From: Malacoraja senta
Lineage: Eukaryota
Length of the DNA: 64,000 nt
Assembly (NCBI GenBank): GCA_038087875.1
Contig: CM075977.1
Location: 37,820,001-37,884,000, forward strand
Direction of reading: 5' to 3'
Shown here: positions 1-12,999 of the stretch, in pieces
Numbering within the stretch: the first letter of the stretch is position 1
How the letters are laid out: each line of letters starts with the position of its first letter
The notes under the pieces: model-generated
Database searches by the model: none
Seen by the model: the letters and a program-made list of their open reading frames with translations, nothing else
What the model was told of the DNA's origin: nothing
Program-made: the position numbers and the translations under genes

Positions 1-366
1 TAGCCACCAAGTGGTCGCAGGAGTGGAAGGCAACTTCATCTCCATTACACAGCTACATCTCTTCACCAGATAAAAGCTGTCCAGGGTCTGACCTCCTCAG
101 ATGAGCATGGGTGAAGCTCAACAGACTTCGTACTGGAGTTGGGCATTTCAATGCCAGCATGTGGAGATGGGGGCTCCGCCAGAGCCCAACCTGGAAATGT
201 GGAGCAGAACAACAGACAGCCAACCATGTCATCTCTGGATGCCCGCTCTACCACCCACCAAACGGAGCCCAGACATTGACGCAGAGACAACAACCTGGCT
301 GCTCATCACCCGGCTTGAGATCTAACTATTCCTTTGGTTTATTTATGTTTCATTCGCAAGAAGAAG
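1..366 (+). mobile_element. 3' end of a non-LTR retrotransposon (Ingi/Vingi- or RTE-X-like), decayed
   Basis: Translation KLNRLRTGVGHFNASMWRWG..KCGAEQQTANHVISGCP resembles the C-terminal Cys/His knuckle region of these LINEs; ends in CATTCGCAAGAAGAAG with a (GAA)n tail. Confidence 0.6.
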
Positions 367-669
367 CGGCCAAACTCAGTATTACAAAAGGTCAATGGCC
401 ATGTTTAAAAGGGAATTATTTTCACTGGGACTATTGTGACCTACGATTTGTATCACAGAAACACTGAAGTTGAAAATATAAACATCTTTATTCTTCAGGA
501 GAAGCAGAAGTTCAAAGGAAACTCTCTCAGTAGAATCGCCAAACTCAACGTGTATGTAGTTTTTATATTTTTTAAATACAATGGCACTAATATAATATTA
601 GCTATAGTTTCAATGATTAGAATTACATCCTTTAACATTTTGAGTGCAGAGGTAACTGCAGAATTATAT

Positions 670-903
670 TTTAGCGGCACCGAGTGGTGGGGTGGAGAGG
701 GCAGAGCCCTCCTCATTGGTCAGTGTGACCCCAGGGTGTTGGTTTTTGCGGACTTTTGTGGTGTGTCGGTAGAGTCAGCGCTCCTCCCAGCAACAGGAGC
801 TTATTATTGTTAGTGCAGACAGACTCGCGAACTTCACGGGTTTTCGTTGTTCAATTTAATTAAAAATAAAAACATTTCGCTCAACCTGTCTGGTCTCACT
901 ACA
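670..903 (+). repeat. 5' LTR (initial TG mutated to TT)
   Basis: Aligns with 4733-4979; ends ..CTCACTACA; contains AATAAA. Confidence 0.9.
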
Positions 904-905
904 TT

Positions 906-919
906 TGGTGACCCCGACG
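906..919 (+). promoter_or_regulatory. Primer-binding site complementary to tRNA-Trp
   Basis: TGGTGACCCCGACG 2 nt after the LTR matches the tRNA-Trp 3' end. Confidence 0.85.
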
Positions 920-949
920 ATCCGAACGTTTTTCAGATTTCTTCTCGCC

Positions 950-3900
950 ATGTACGCCGACGAGAACTTCGACGACTCGCCCGCTCAGCAGAATTGGGTC
1001 GCACTTAATTGCCCGTGTTCTGGGCGACGCAGCCTCATGTGTGGTTCGCACGCATCGAGGCCCAGTTTGATCTCCTCCAGATTGTTGCGGAAGCGCTCTC
1101 ACCCAGGCTGTGAGCTGTGGCTTTCCAAACAGCAGGATGGTGGTTCCATCAGCCGGGTGTCCGCGCCGTCGTCACAGCGGACTCGCCGTGCTGTTCCTCC
1201 TCAGGATGACTTCGCTGGCTCACAGTCCACCGCCGTGGTTCGCAGTGAGAGCCAGTGGCGTTATTACCACCAACGCTGGGGTGCGGAGGCCCGCCAATGC
1301 CGTGCCCCCTGCTCGTTTTCGGGAAATGCCTCGGCCGATCGCCAGAAACATCACCTCTACGTCAGGGATCGCCATTCCGGGCTTCGTTTCCTCGTGGTCT
1401 CTGGGGCTGAGATCAGCATCATACCTTCGACCGACCTCGATACCCGTGCTGGTAAGTGTGGCCCCACCCTGACCACCGTTAATGGCAGCCCCATTCGCTC
1501 CTACGAGACTCAGACTGTATCGTTTGTCATCGATTCTCAGCGTTAATCGTGGCCCTTCACCGTCGCCGACGTCTCCCAGCCGTTGCTCAGGGCCAATACC
1601 CTCATGGTGGACGTCCGGGGCCAGCACCTCGTTCCTCCGCCCACCCCCCCCATCAGGCCTGTGGCTTCGCAGCCCATGATTGCTCCCGATCCGCAGCTCG
1701 GGTCTGTGTCGGATGTGGGTGGGACTTATGCTCCGATCCTGGTGGAGTTCCCGGAGATCCTGACCCAGAGATTCCATTCGGCGGCACCTAGGCATGGGGT
1801 GGTGCATCACATACTCACCGCTGGTCCTCCACTACATGCCCGACAAGTTACGTTTAGTGGAGCTCCAGTGCATGGAGGACATGGGGATCGTGTGGCGTTC
1901 CGACAGCCCTTGGGCTTCCCCACTTCATATGGTTCCTAAGTCGTCGAGGGGCGTGGCGCCCGTGTGGGGATTATCGTCGCCTGAATAACGTCACAACTGC
2001 CGATCGCTACCCGGTCCACTAGGGGCGCCGCACTGAAGGCAGCCTCTGCCTACAGTCTGTTTGTTTTTCTAACTTTTTTTATTTTAGTTAGTTTTAAAAG
2101 TATGTGTCTTTAGTTTCTCTAACTTTTCTATGTGGGGGAGGGGGGTAGGGTAAGGGGGAAACCGTTTCCCAGTCACTTCCTGGCGAGGACGCAACTATTC
2201 TCCGAGTCGCGTCCTCCCCCCCACCCTCCTCGCGGCCTACCACCTGGATTGGAGCGGCCTTCCTGCCGGGGACCGGACCAGTGCTCCAGCAGTGGCGGCG
2301 CAACGCTGGATTCACAGCGGAGCGGGCGATGCCTTACCTGGGATCGCCGTGGAGGCTCCGGAGTGCTCGGCCTGCTGCATCTACATCGGAGCTGCAGAGC
2401 TTCCAGCACGGCCGGCGCTGTCTTCAACATTGCGGAGACCTGGGGCCATTTGCCGTGGGCCGCCGGCACTTAAAAACGCCGTGCAGGCTTTTCAACGCCT
2501 GATGGACATGGTTGCTCGTGATTTGAACTTTGTTTTCGTGTACCTCGATGAGAATCTGGTCGCCAGCCGTTCTCATCGCGAACACTGTGAGCACCGCCGA
2601 CAAGTGCCAGTACGGTCTCAGCTCCATCTCCTTCCTGGGGCACCACGTTACCCCACAGGGCGCTACGCCTCTTCCCTGCAAGGTGGAGGCGATTCGGTGG
2701 TTACCTCGGCTGCTTACCGTCATGGGTCTGCAGGAGTTCATGGGAATGTGAACGTTTACATCGTTTTGTGCCAGCGGCAGCTTGGATAATGCGGCCTTTG
2801 TTCCTGTGCCTGGCCGGTAAACCGCGGGATCTCGTGTGGACCGCCGAGTCTGACGCCACTTTCGAGGGTGCCAAGGAGGCGCTAGCTGCGGCCACGTTGC
2901 TGGTGTGGGCCGTGGCCCCCACCGCCCATATCATGGATGCTTCTGATGCTGCTGTCGGAGGGACCTCAAACAGTTCATCGGTGGTCGTTGGCAACCGCTC
3001 GCCTTCTTCAGCCGGCACCTACGCCCTCCTGAGCGCAATTACAGTGCGTTCGACCGCGAGCTTTTGGCTCTTTATTAGGCAGTCCGACATGTGCGGTATT
3101 TTCTGGAGGGCAGGACATTTACCTCGTTTACGGATCACAAACCTCTCACGTTTGCATTCGCGAAGGTATCTGATCCCTGGTCTGCTCGGCAGCAGCAGCA
3201 CCTGGCTTTCGTTTCTGAGTTTACAACCGATGTTCGACACATGGCCGGCAAGCTGAATCAAGAGGCCGATGCTTTGTCCCGTCCTGCTGTCCATGCTGTG
3301 CTGTCCATCACCCCGGGGTTGGACTATGCTGCGCTCGCTGCTGCTCAGCACGATGGTGACGGGATGCAAGGATATCGTACTGCTGCAGGTTTGGAGTTGT
3401 CCGTCACCCCTGCCGTTCAGTCCTGCAGGGGTGACGGTCCTGTGCGATACTTCCACCGGCCGGCCGCGACCTGTCGTTCTGGTTGCTTGGCAGAAGAGCG
3501 TTTTCGACTCTTTTCATGGACTGGCTCTTCCTTCCATCCAGGCGACATCTGCATTGGTTGCGGCCAAGTTCGTGAGGCATGGCCTTCGGAAGCAGGTTGC
3601 GGCGTGGGCCAGGGCCTGCATTCCTTGTCAGACGTCTAAGGTCCAGCGGCATGTTCGTGCGCCGCTTCGGGATTTTGTGGTTCCTTCTCACCGCTTTGCG
3701 CCCATCCAAGTGGATCCGGTGCGTCCATGCCGTCGTCTCGTGGTGCCACTCACCTGCTCACGGTTGTGGATCGTTTCACACGGTGGCCTGAAGCTGTTCC
3801 GCTGTCCGACACCTCTGCTGAGAATTGAGCCCGGGCTCTCGCGGCCAACTGAGTGGCGCGTTTCGGCGTGCCTGCTGACATTTCTTCTGATCGTGGTGCC

Positions 3901-4700
3901 CAGTTCAACTCTGCCTTGTGGTCGGCCACGGCTCAGCTGTATGGTGCGCAGCTGCATCATACCACCACGTATCACCCTCAGGCCAACGGGTTGGTCGAGC
4001 ACTTCCACAGACATTTGAAATTGGCGTTGAAGGCGTGGCTCACTGGCCCGGATTGGGTGGACCAATTACCTTGGGTGTTGCTGGGGATCCGCATGGCTCC
4101 TAAGGCGGATTTGGACACATCTTCCGTGGAGCTGGTGTATGGTGCGTCGCTGTGGGTGCCTGGGGATTTCCTTCCTGTGGCTCGCCGGTCGCCAGAGCCC
4201 GCCTTGTCTGAGCTGGTGTGTCTGCGTGAGAGAGTGGGGGTCCTGGCTCCTGTTCCCACTTCCCACCATACACATTCCGGTGTATGTGCCGCCGGTGTTT
4301 AAGGACTGCGCTTTTGTCTTTGTTCGCAGGGACTCGCATTGTTCTCCACTCCAGAGGCCTTATGAGGGGCCTTTCCAGGTGTTGCGGCTTGGGGTCGCGA
4401 CTTTTGTATTGGATGTCGGGGGTCGTGAGGAGATCATGTTGGTGGCCTGCCTCAAGCCTGCTCATTTGGATGTCGACAGCCCGGTGGTGGTGGCCCAACC
4501 CCGGCGTAGGGGTTGACCGCCGGCCACGCCCTGTTCCCCGGTTGCACCTGTTGTGCCTATTTCTCCTTTTCCGCCTGTTTTCCCTGTTCCGCCTGGGGCG
4601 TCAGTTGTGCCAGTTCCTCCTGCTCTGCCCGTGGCACTGGTTGTGCCTGTCCCTCCTGTCTCCACTCGGTCTGGGCGGGTCGTTCGGACGCCCGCTTGTT
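950..4700 (+). pseudogene. Gypsy gag-pol pseudogene (short/deleted gag, protease, RT, RNase H, integrase)
   Basis: YYHQRWGAEARQC knuckle; protease RFLVVSGAEISIIP (catalytic D lost); RT SPWASPLHMVPK, AFQRLMD, VFVYLDE; RH DAS..VG, FTDHKPL; integrase HxxH..CIPC, SDRGAQF, YHPQANGLVE; LQRPYEGPF; many frameshifts and stops. Confidence 0.93.
2019..2470 (+). mobile_element. 5' fragment of the GC-rich non-autonomous repeat (family of 16289-17132) embedded in the Gypsy RT
   Basis: Similar to 16289-16760 (T-rich tract, G-run, GGGGAAACC.TTTCCCAGTCACT.CCTGG, CGGCCTACCA.CTGGATTGG); interrupts RT between DRYPV and LKNAVQAFQR. Confidence 0.85.
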
Positions 4701-4717
4701 TCCTCTCCTCGGGTTCT

Positions 4718-4729
4718 GGGGGGGGGGGG
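4718..4729 (+). promoter_or_regulatory. Polypurine tract
   Basis: Poly-G run 3 nt upstream of the 3' LTR. Confidence 0.8.
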
Positions 4730-4732
4730 TCC

Positions 4733-4979
4733 TGTAGTGGCACCTAGTGGTGGAGTGGAGAGGGCAGAACCCTCCTCATTGGTCATGCGGTCATGCGACC
4801 ATGGGGTGATGGTTTTTGCAGGCTTTTGGGGTGTGTCCGTTAGTTAGTCAGCGCTCCTTCCAGCGACAGGAGCTTATTATTGTTAGTGCAGAGAGACTCG
4901 CGAACTTCACGGGTTTTCGTTGTTCAAATTTTCTTTAAAAAAAAAAAACTTTTCGCTCAACCTGTCTGGTCTCACTACA
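4733..4979 (+). repeat. 3' LTR (TG...CA)
   Basis: TGTAGTGGCACC...CTCACTACA; homologous to 670-903. Confidence 0.92.
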
Positions 4980-5984
4980 ATATATTTAAAAAGGAAGCAC
5001 ACTGTAACAGCCAAGGTACCTCTGAATATACTGTATAAACACTTTTGATGGGACAAAGTAATTCACATGGATGATCCAGAAACGTCTGAGGATAAAGAAC
5101 CCAGACACCCAAAATATATCTCTTTTATAATAGTGTAGATGGATGGTTCCCTCAATACACAAACAGTAGAATGTTAAGTGACAAGGCAGACATGTTATGA
5201 TTTTGGACACACAAAAGATTGCAGATGCTTAAGAGAATCAGTGTTTTCAGTGGTAGGTATGTGTATTTAATGATTAACAATGTGTTAATACCGAAGGTGG
5301 CTACTTAATGTCTTCCCTGATGTCATCATAAAGGTTTCAATGAGTCAATTAACATAAACATTCATCAATTGTCCTTAATGGTAGAGGATCACGCTCATTG
5401 ATTGGTTTTGAAAATATCCTTGCAAGTTAAGTTATTTTTCCCTATATTGAAGATAGGTTCGTATTTTAATTTTGCTTTAACTCCATTCACAAGTTTGCAG
5501 ATGATGTAGTGGCCATTTGGCCTGTTTTGCATGTCTTTGATGATGGCATGTGCCTTTAAATTTTAGACTGCCCGTTCTATTGTGGGTGGGATCTATGATA
5601 TGTTTTTGTGCTTGCGCGGAAGTTTAGTTTTTAGATTAGTTTTGAGAGACGATGGGGAAGTGTAACCCTTCGACCATGCGGGCCACATGCCAGATCATGC
5701 CTGTGTTACGGAGACACGAGGAGTTTTCTAATGTTTAAAGTAATGCTGGAGATCGATGAAGATTGTAATAACGAGTCGGAAGAAATTTGGATGTATCTTA
5801 CTGTTTTCCATCAGCAATAAAGCATTTATTCATCAAAAGACTGTGTTTTGAAGTCATATCTGTGAAGAAGCTCTGGGTCTCGGTGAGTGAGCTCACATGC
5901 GTTTTGAAGACACCCCCTTCAACCATTCTCATCCATTTAGCAGCTAGGGTGCTAATTACCTGAAAGATATGAAAATCTGCCGCT

Positions 5985-6805
5985 ACAGATGACACCATAG
6001 TAGTACGCAGGAGCTCGAACAATGACGAGATGGAGAACAGGAAAGAGATGGAGAGCTTAGTAACATGGTGTTAAGATATCAACGTTTCCTCAATGGCAGC
6101 AAAATGAAGGAACCAGTCATTGACTTCAATAATGTGGGGTGGAGTACACATCCTAGTTTCCATCAATGGCACTGAAGTGGAGGTGGTCAATAGCTTTACA
6201 TTCCAAGATGTAAATATCACCAATTATTTGTCCTGGTCCAGTCACATTGACGCTATGGCCAAGAAAGCACATTAATGCCTCTTCTTCCTCAAGAGGCTAA
6301 GGAAGTTTGGCACATCTCATCCGAATCTTACCACTTTCTATAGATGAGCCATGCGATGCATCCAGCCTGATTTGGCAACTGCTCCGCCCAAAACTGCAAG
6401 AAATTTTCGAGAGTTGTGGACACATCCCCATGCATTACGCAAACCAGCCTCCCTCCATAGACTCTATAAATTCTCATGCTGCCTTGGTAAAGCAGCCAAC
6501 ATAATCACACATCACTCACACCCCAGTCATTCCCTTTTCTTCCCTCTCCAGTCGGCAGAAGGTACAAAAGCTTGAAAGCATGTACCATCAGATTCAAGGG
6601 CAGTTTCTTCCCTGCTATTATCAGACTCTTGAATGGACCTGTTATAATCTGAGGATGTATTCTCAATCCCCCTATCTACCTTATGGTGGCCATTGAATTT
6701 ATTCTTATATCTGTCCTTTCTCCGTAATTGTAACATTGTATTCTTCATGGTTTGATTGTATTCATACATCCAAAACAAAGCTTTTCACTGTATCTCAGTT
6801 CAGTA
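5985..6805 (+). mobile_element. Rex1/Babar-type LINE 3' fragment, decayed
   Basis: Translates as DDTIVVRRSSNNDEMENRKEMESLVTWC..., the post-FADD RT region typical of this clade; followed by a typical 3' UTR. Confidence 0.75.
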
Positions 6806-7094
6806 CAGTAAATATTTTCTATCCACATAATTCTATAGCTTTTGATACATTTATAACAGGGGCCACAGTGAATACTCAACAGAAATAGTCAACAGGCAAG
6901 GCTCAGTTAAATGCACACATTGCTTTCTAATTTGTAATAGTTTATATCTGTTTGTGAAGCTTGAAGGGAGTACTTCGCCTCTGTTCATACACAATATGTC
7001 TGCTTTATTAACCATTTTCAAAAACCCTTCAAGGCATCAAGGGCAGTATTTTCAAAACCAGTAGTTTTTAGCCTCAAGAAGGACAAAGGTATCA

Positions 7095-7400
7095 GGGGCA
7101 ACACCGATGGTGCAGCAATTGGTGCCGCTCCAGGCACCCATGTTCAATCCTGACCTCAGGTACTATCTGTATGGAGTTTGCGTGTTGTCCCTTTGTCATT
7201 TTGATTCTTATGGGTGGTCCAGTTTCTGCCCACAACCCAAAGACGTGCAGGTCGGTACATTAATTGACACCTGTAAATAGTTCCAAGTGTGTGGGGGAGT
7301 GGTGGAATCTGAAGGGAGTTGATGGGAATGTGGGAAGGAAAAAATGGGATTAGTAACTGGGTGCTTGGAGTCAGTGGACCTGTTTCTGTGCTGGACAATG
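7095..7400 (+). mobile_element. tRNA-derived SINE (HE1/V-SINE-like)
   Basis: tRNA head with B-box GTTCAATCC; core TGGAGTTTGC..CCCACA.CCCAAAGACGTGCAGGT. Confidence 0.75.
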
Positions 7401-8262
7401 ATGTATTACAATTACCTGTAAGTAGCTCACTCAGATTAGAAACAAATTCCTTCCAACCAGATGTGTACATAGCAAAAACAGTCGTGGTTAAGGCAGGAAC
7501 AAATTGGACCTGAATGGAATGGAGCCTTAAAGCCTTTGGAATGTGCTTACTTATTTATGTTCATTGTAAAACATGCTTGTGATTTGGTGCTCATCAGATT
7601 TGAATGACAGTGCAACAGGAAATAAAAGCTGAACTTCTTTAAGATCCAAACTATTACAATAGGAAACCAGCTTACTTCAGACTTCAAAGGGAAACTTAAA
7701 CCATGTAGAGATTATAAAACATGATGGGAAACCAGCTTCGTCCAGCCTCAACTTTTTACAATTTAACTAAGAGAAGTTCCGAATGCTCGATTAATTGAAA
7801 ACTTATTGATACACAAAGATATTGCAGGGGAAAAAAAAATTGATTAAAAAATGCACGTTGGAAATCTGAAACAAATACAGAAAAGACTGGAAATAATCAG
7901 CGAGTCTGTGGAAAGGGAAATAGCTTTGAGTTTGGGATGCTTCTTAGAATAGGAAATGTGAGAGATACAAGTTTGTTTTCAGTATTAGAAGGTAGGAGAG
8001 GAATGGGTAGAACAAAGGTAATGTCTCTGAAAGAATGAAAGCACGTGGTTTTATGGGAGCAATTACCTTCTTGATCTGTATAATGTGTTGTGCAAGTTAT
8101 AGCTATGGGCATGCCCAGAAGGGACTAAATTAATAGAATATGGAAAAACTGACCCAACACAATACTTGGCAGAAATAGTCAGTTTGGATACAGAGAGAAA
8201 GAAAGTGAGAGTTACGTAAAGTTGGAAAATCTGTTGCTTAGCATAGAATGCTGCAACATGTT

Positions 8263-8561
8263 TAGTTTAGTTTAGTTTACAGTTACAGCGCGGAAACAGA
8301 TCTTTTGGCCCACCGAGTCCACACCGACCAGCGATCCCCGAGTCCACACTGACCAGCGATTTATACACTTATACCAAGCCAATTGACCTACAAACCTGTT
8401 CATCTTTTGAGTGTGGGAGGAAACCGAAGATATCGGAGAAAACCTGCACAGGTCACAGGGAGAAAGTACAAACTCTGTACAGACAGGCAACCATACAGGA
8501 TCGAACCCGGGTCTCTGGCAGTGTAAGGCAGTAGTTCTACTGCTACGCCACCGTGCTGCCC
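8263..8561 (-). mobile_element. tRNA-derived SINE (HE1/V-SINE-like)
   Basis: Minus strand starts GGGCAGCACGGTGGCGTAGC, B-box GGTTCGATCC, (CTAAA)n tail. Confidence 0.85.
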
Positions 8562-8577
8562 TGTCTAGGCAGAAGAT

Positions 8578-11500
8578 AACATAGAAACATAGAAAATAGG
8601 TGCAGGAGTAGGCCATTCGGCCCTTAGAGGCTGATCATCCAACTCAGTATCCTGTACCTACCTTCTCTCCATACCCACTGATCCCTTTAGCCACAAGGGC
8701 CACATCTAACTCCATCTTAGATATAGCCAATGAACTGGCCTCAACTACCTTCTGTGGCAGAGAATTCCACAGATTCACCACTCTATGTGTGAAAAATGAT
8801 TTTCTCATCTCGGTCCTAAAAGACTTCCCCCTTATCCTTAAACTGTGACCCCTTGTTCTGGACTTCCCAAACATCGGGAACAATCTTCCTGCATCTAGCC
8901 TGTCCAACCCCTTAAGAATCTTGTAAGTTTCTATAAGATCCCCCCTCAATCTTATAAATTCTAGCGAGTACAAGCCGAGTCTATACAGTCTTTCTTCATA
9001 TGAAAGTCCTGCCATCCCAGGAATCAGTCTGGTGAACCTTCTCTGTACTCCCTCTATGGCAAGAATGTCTTTCCCTTAGATTTGGTGACCAAAACTGTAC
9101 GCAATACTCCAGGTGTGGCCTCACCAAGACCCTGTACAACTGCAGTAGAACCTCCCTGCTCTTATACTCAAATCCTTTTGCTATGAATGCTAACATACCA
9201 TTCGCTTTCTTCACTGCCTGCTGCACCTGCATGCCTACTTTCAATGACTGGTGTACCATGACACCCAGATCTCGTTGCATCTCCCCTTTTCCTAATAGGC
9301 CACCATTCAGATAATAGTCTACTTTCCTGTTTTTGCCACCAAAGTGGATAACCTCACATTTATCCACATTATACTCCATCTGCCATGCATTTGCCCACTC
9401 ACCCAACCTATCCAAGTCACCTTGCAGCCTCCTAGCATCCTCCTCACAGCTAACACTGCCCCCCAGCTTCGTGTCATCCGCAAACATGGAGATGTTGCAT
9501 TCAATTCCCTCATCCAGATCATTAATATATATTGTAAATAGCTGGGGTCTCTGCACTGAGCCTTGCGGTACCCCACTAGTCACTGCCTGCCATTCTGAAA
9601 AGGACCCGTTTACTCCTACTCTTTGCTTCCTGTCTGCCAGCCAGTTCTCTATCCACATCAATACTGAACCCCCAATACCGTGTGCTTTAAGTTTGCATAC
9701 TAATCTCTTATGTGGTACCTTGTCGAAAGCCTTCTGAAAGTCCAGATATAACACATCCACTGGTTCTCCCTTATCCACTCTACTAGTTACATCCTCCAAA
9801 AATTCTATAAGATTCGTCAGACATGATTTATCTTTCATAAATCCATGCTGACTTTGTCCAATGATTTCACCACTTTCCAAATGTGCTGCTATCCCATCTT
9901 TAATAACTGACTCTAGCATTTTCCCCACTACCGATGTTAGACTAACTGGTCTGTAATTCCCCGTTTTCTCTCTCCCTCCCTTTTTGAAAAGTGGGGTTAC
10001 ATTAGCTACCCTCCAGTCCTCAGGAACTATCTCCAGAATCTGAAGAGTTCTGAGAAATTATCACTAATGCATCCACTATTTCTGGGGCTACTTCCTTAAA
10101 TACTCTGGGATGCAGCCTGTCCGGCCCTGGGGGTTTATCGGCCTTTAATCCATTCAATTTACCTAACACCACTTCCCGGCTAACCTGGATTTCACTCAGT
10201 TCCTCCATCTCATTTGACCCCTGGTCCCCTGCTATTTCCGGCAGATTATTTATGTCTTCCTCAGTGAAGACAGAACCAAAGTAGTTATTCAATTGGTCTG
10301 CCATATCCTTGTTCCCCATGATCAATTCACCAGTTTCTGACTGCAAGGGACCTACATTTGTTTTAACTAATCTTTTTCTCTTCACATATCTATAAAAACG
10401 TTTGCAGTCAGTTTTTATGTTCCCTGCCAGTTTTTTTTCATAATCTATTTTCCCTTTCCTTATTAGCCCTTTGTCCTCCTCTGCTGGACTCTGAATTTCT
10501 CCCAGTCCTCTGGTAGGCTGCTTTTTCTGGCTAATTTGTATGCTTCATCTTTTGTTTTGATACTATCCCTGATTTCCCTTGTTATCCACGGATGCGCTAC
10601 CTTCCCTGATTTATTCTTTTGCCAAATTGGGATGAACAATTGTTGTAGTTCATCCATGCAGTCTTTAAATGCCTTCCATTGCATATCCACCATCAACCCT
10701 TTAAGAATCACTTGCCAGTCTATCTTGGCCAATTCACGTCTCATACCCTCAAAGTTACCCTTCTTTAAGTTCAGAACCCTTGTTTCTGAATTAACAATGT
10801 CACTCTCCATCCTAATGAAGTACTCAACCATATTATGGTCACTCTTTCCCAAGGGGCCACGCACAACAAGACTGCTAACCAACCCTTCCTCATTACTCAA
10901 TACCCAGTCTAGAATAGCCTGTTCTCTCATTGGTTCCTCTACATGTTGGTTTAGAAAACTATCCCGCATACATTCCAAGAAATCCTCTTCCTCAGCACCC
11001 CTGCCAATTTGATTCACCCAATCTATATGTAGATTGAAGTCACCCATTATAACTCTTTTTACCTTTGTTGCAAGCATTTCTAATTTCCTGTTTGATGCCA
11101 TCCCCAACTCCACTACTACTGTTAGGTGGCCTGTACACAACTCCCACTAGCGTTTTCTGCCCCTTAGTGTTTCGCAGCTCTACCCATATCGATTCCACAT
11201 CCTCCAAGCTAATGTCCTTCCTTTCAATTGCGTTAATCTCCTCTCTAACCAGCAACATTATGCCACCTCCTTTTCCTTTCTGTCTATCCCTCCTGAATAT
11301 TGAATATCCCTGGATGTTCAGCTCCCAGCCTTGGTCACCCTGGAGCCATGTCTCCGTGATCCCAACTATATCATATTCATTAATAACTATCTGCACATTC
11401 AACTCATCCACCTTATTACGAATGCTCCTTGCATTGAGACACAAAGCCTTCAGGCTTGTTTTTACAACACTCTTACCCCTTATACAATTATGTTGAAAAG

Positions 11501-11965
11501 TGTCCCTTTTTGATTTTTGCCCTTGATTTTTCTGCCTGCCACTTTTACTTTTCACCTTGCTACCTGTTGCTTCTACCCTCATTTTACACCCCTCTGTCTC
11601 TCTACTCATGCTCCCATTCACCTGCCACATTAGTTTAAATCCTCCCCGACAGCACTAGCAAACACTCCCCCAAGGACATTGGTTCCATTCCAGCCCAGGT
11701 GCAGACCGTCCTGTTTGTACTGGTCCCACCTCCCCCAGAACTGGTTCCAATGCCCTAGAACTTTGAATCCCCCCCCTTGCACCATTTTTCAAGCCACGTA
11801 TTCATCTGCAATATCCTCCTATTTCTACTCTGACTAGCACATGGCACTGGCAATAATCCAGAGATTATTACCTTTGAGGTCCTACTTTTAAGTTTATCTC
11901 CTAGCTCCCTAAATTCGCCTTGTAGGACCTCATCCCGTTTTTTACCTATATCGTTGGTGCCAATG
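8578..11965 (-). mobile_element. CR1 LINE, 5'-truncated within ORF1; ORF2 frameshifted
   Basis: ORF1 SGNH-esterase remnant HIGTNDIGK; APE NARSIRNK, GITETWL, MGDFN, SDHN; RT YLDFQKAFDKV, GVPQGS, FADD; (TTTCTATG)n tail. Confidence 0.95.
8644..11630 (-). pseudogene. CR1 ORF2 (APE endonuclease + reverse transcriptase), fragmented
   Basis: ORF pieces 11040-11630, 10463-11140, 10020-10385, 8996-9928 and 8644-9015 tile one ORF2. Confidence 0.93.
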
Positions 11966-12169
11966 TGCATGTCCCTCAGATTTGTGTTGAGCCTTGAGTA
12001 ATAACGAAACTGTGAACAATCCACCCAGTTATATCTCAAGGTCACTGGAACTCTGAGGCAGCATCTCTATCAGTTGGATCAATCTGATTTTCTAGAATCA
12101 AGTTTACCACTAACAGTTATAAAACTGCAAGTAGAAACGAAAGGCATTCTGCCAATGAAATATTCTCAA

Positions 12170-12435
12170 CACCCATAACATGCATTTTAACAGAGACTTT
12201 AACAAACAAAAACATCTTAAGGCACCTCACATAAGTGTTATCAAACAGAATTTGATGCTGAACAACATTAGGGGATGTCAAGGCAGGAGATCTTACAGGT
12301 GGGGGTGTGGAGGGGGGGGGGAGGGAAAGAGAGAGAGAGAGAGAGGAAAAGAGCGGAAGGAATTTCAAAGCTTAAAATCCAAGCTACTTGCCACCGATGG
12401 TAGAACAATTAAAAAAAGGGATAGACAAGGTCAGA
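12170..12435 (-). mobile_element. Old L2-like 3' fragment
   Basis: Similar to reverse complement of 47050-47400. Confidence 0.4.
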
Positions 12436-12999
12436 GTTGGCTGATCTTCCAATCTACCTTGTTGTGGCCCTTGCACTATTTAAAATCTGGTCTTTCTCTG
12501 TAGCTTTCCCCCCAACTCTCCCCTTCTCTCCTCTCACCTCTCTCCCTTCCCCTTTCCTCCTCTCCATTTCCCTGGTTTCTCCCCCTCGCTCACATTCAAT
12601 GAGTCTCTTTAGCAATTCTCAACTTCCAGTGAAGTGAACTGCAAGACTGCAGCCGTCGAAACAGGGCGTGAGCTTGACTTTTTGCATGGACTCCTGAGAT
12701 TAAGTGATTAATTTTATGGGTAATTTAACGATTTTAGTGTAAATTATTTAATTACATACTTATAACACTTTTAAGGTCAATTAGGTGACTGTAACATCAG
12801 TCAAAATCAAATTTAATGGCCTGTTTTTCAAAGGGGGACAGTGTAAACCTCTCATTATAAATAAAATTAGAGGAAACTTAATGAAGTGAATCAAAATGTT
12901 ATCAGCAGTATTCACTGCTGCTCCAGATCCTTCAGTACACAGATAGATGGTGCACATCATGTATTTTCTCCCCAGGAACACCACAAACCCAGAAGTCTG

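Larger units (their letters stand above)
670..4979 (+). mobile_element. Gypsy/Ty3 LTR retrotransposon with both LTRs, decayed
   Basis: Two similar LTRs ending GGTCTCACTACA; ATAT at 666-669 and 4980-4983 (4-bp TSD); PBS, PPT and gag-PR-RT-RH-IN domain order. Confidence 0.95.

Noticed and set aside
9333-11496. Plus-strand ORFs of 134-158 aa opposite CR1
   Set aside because: Antisense shadows of CR1 ORF2
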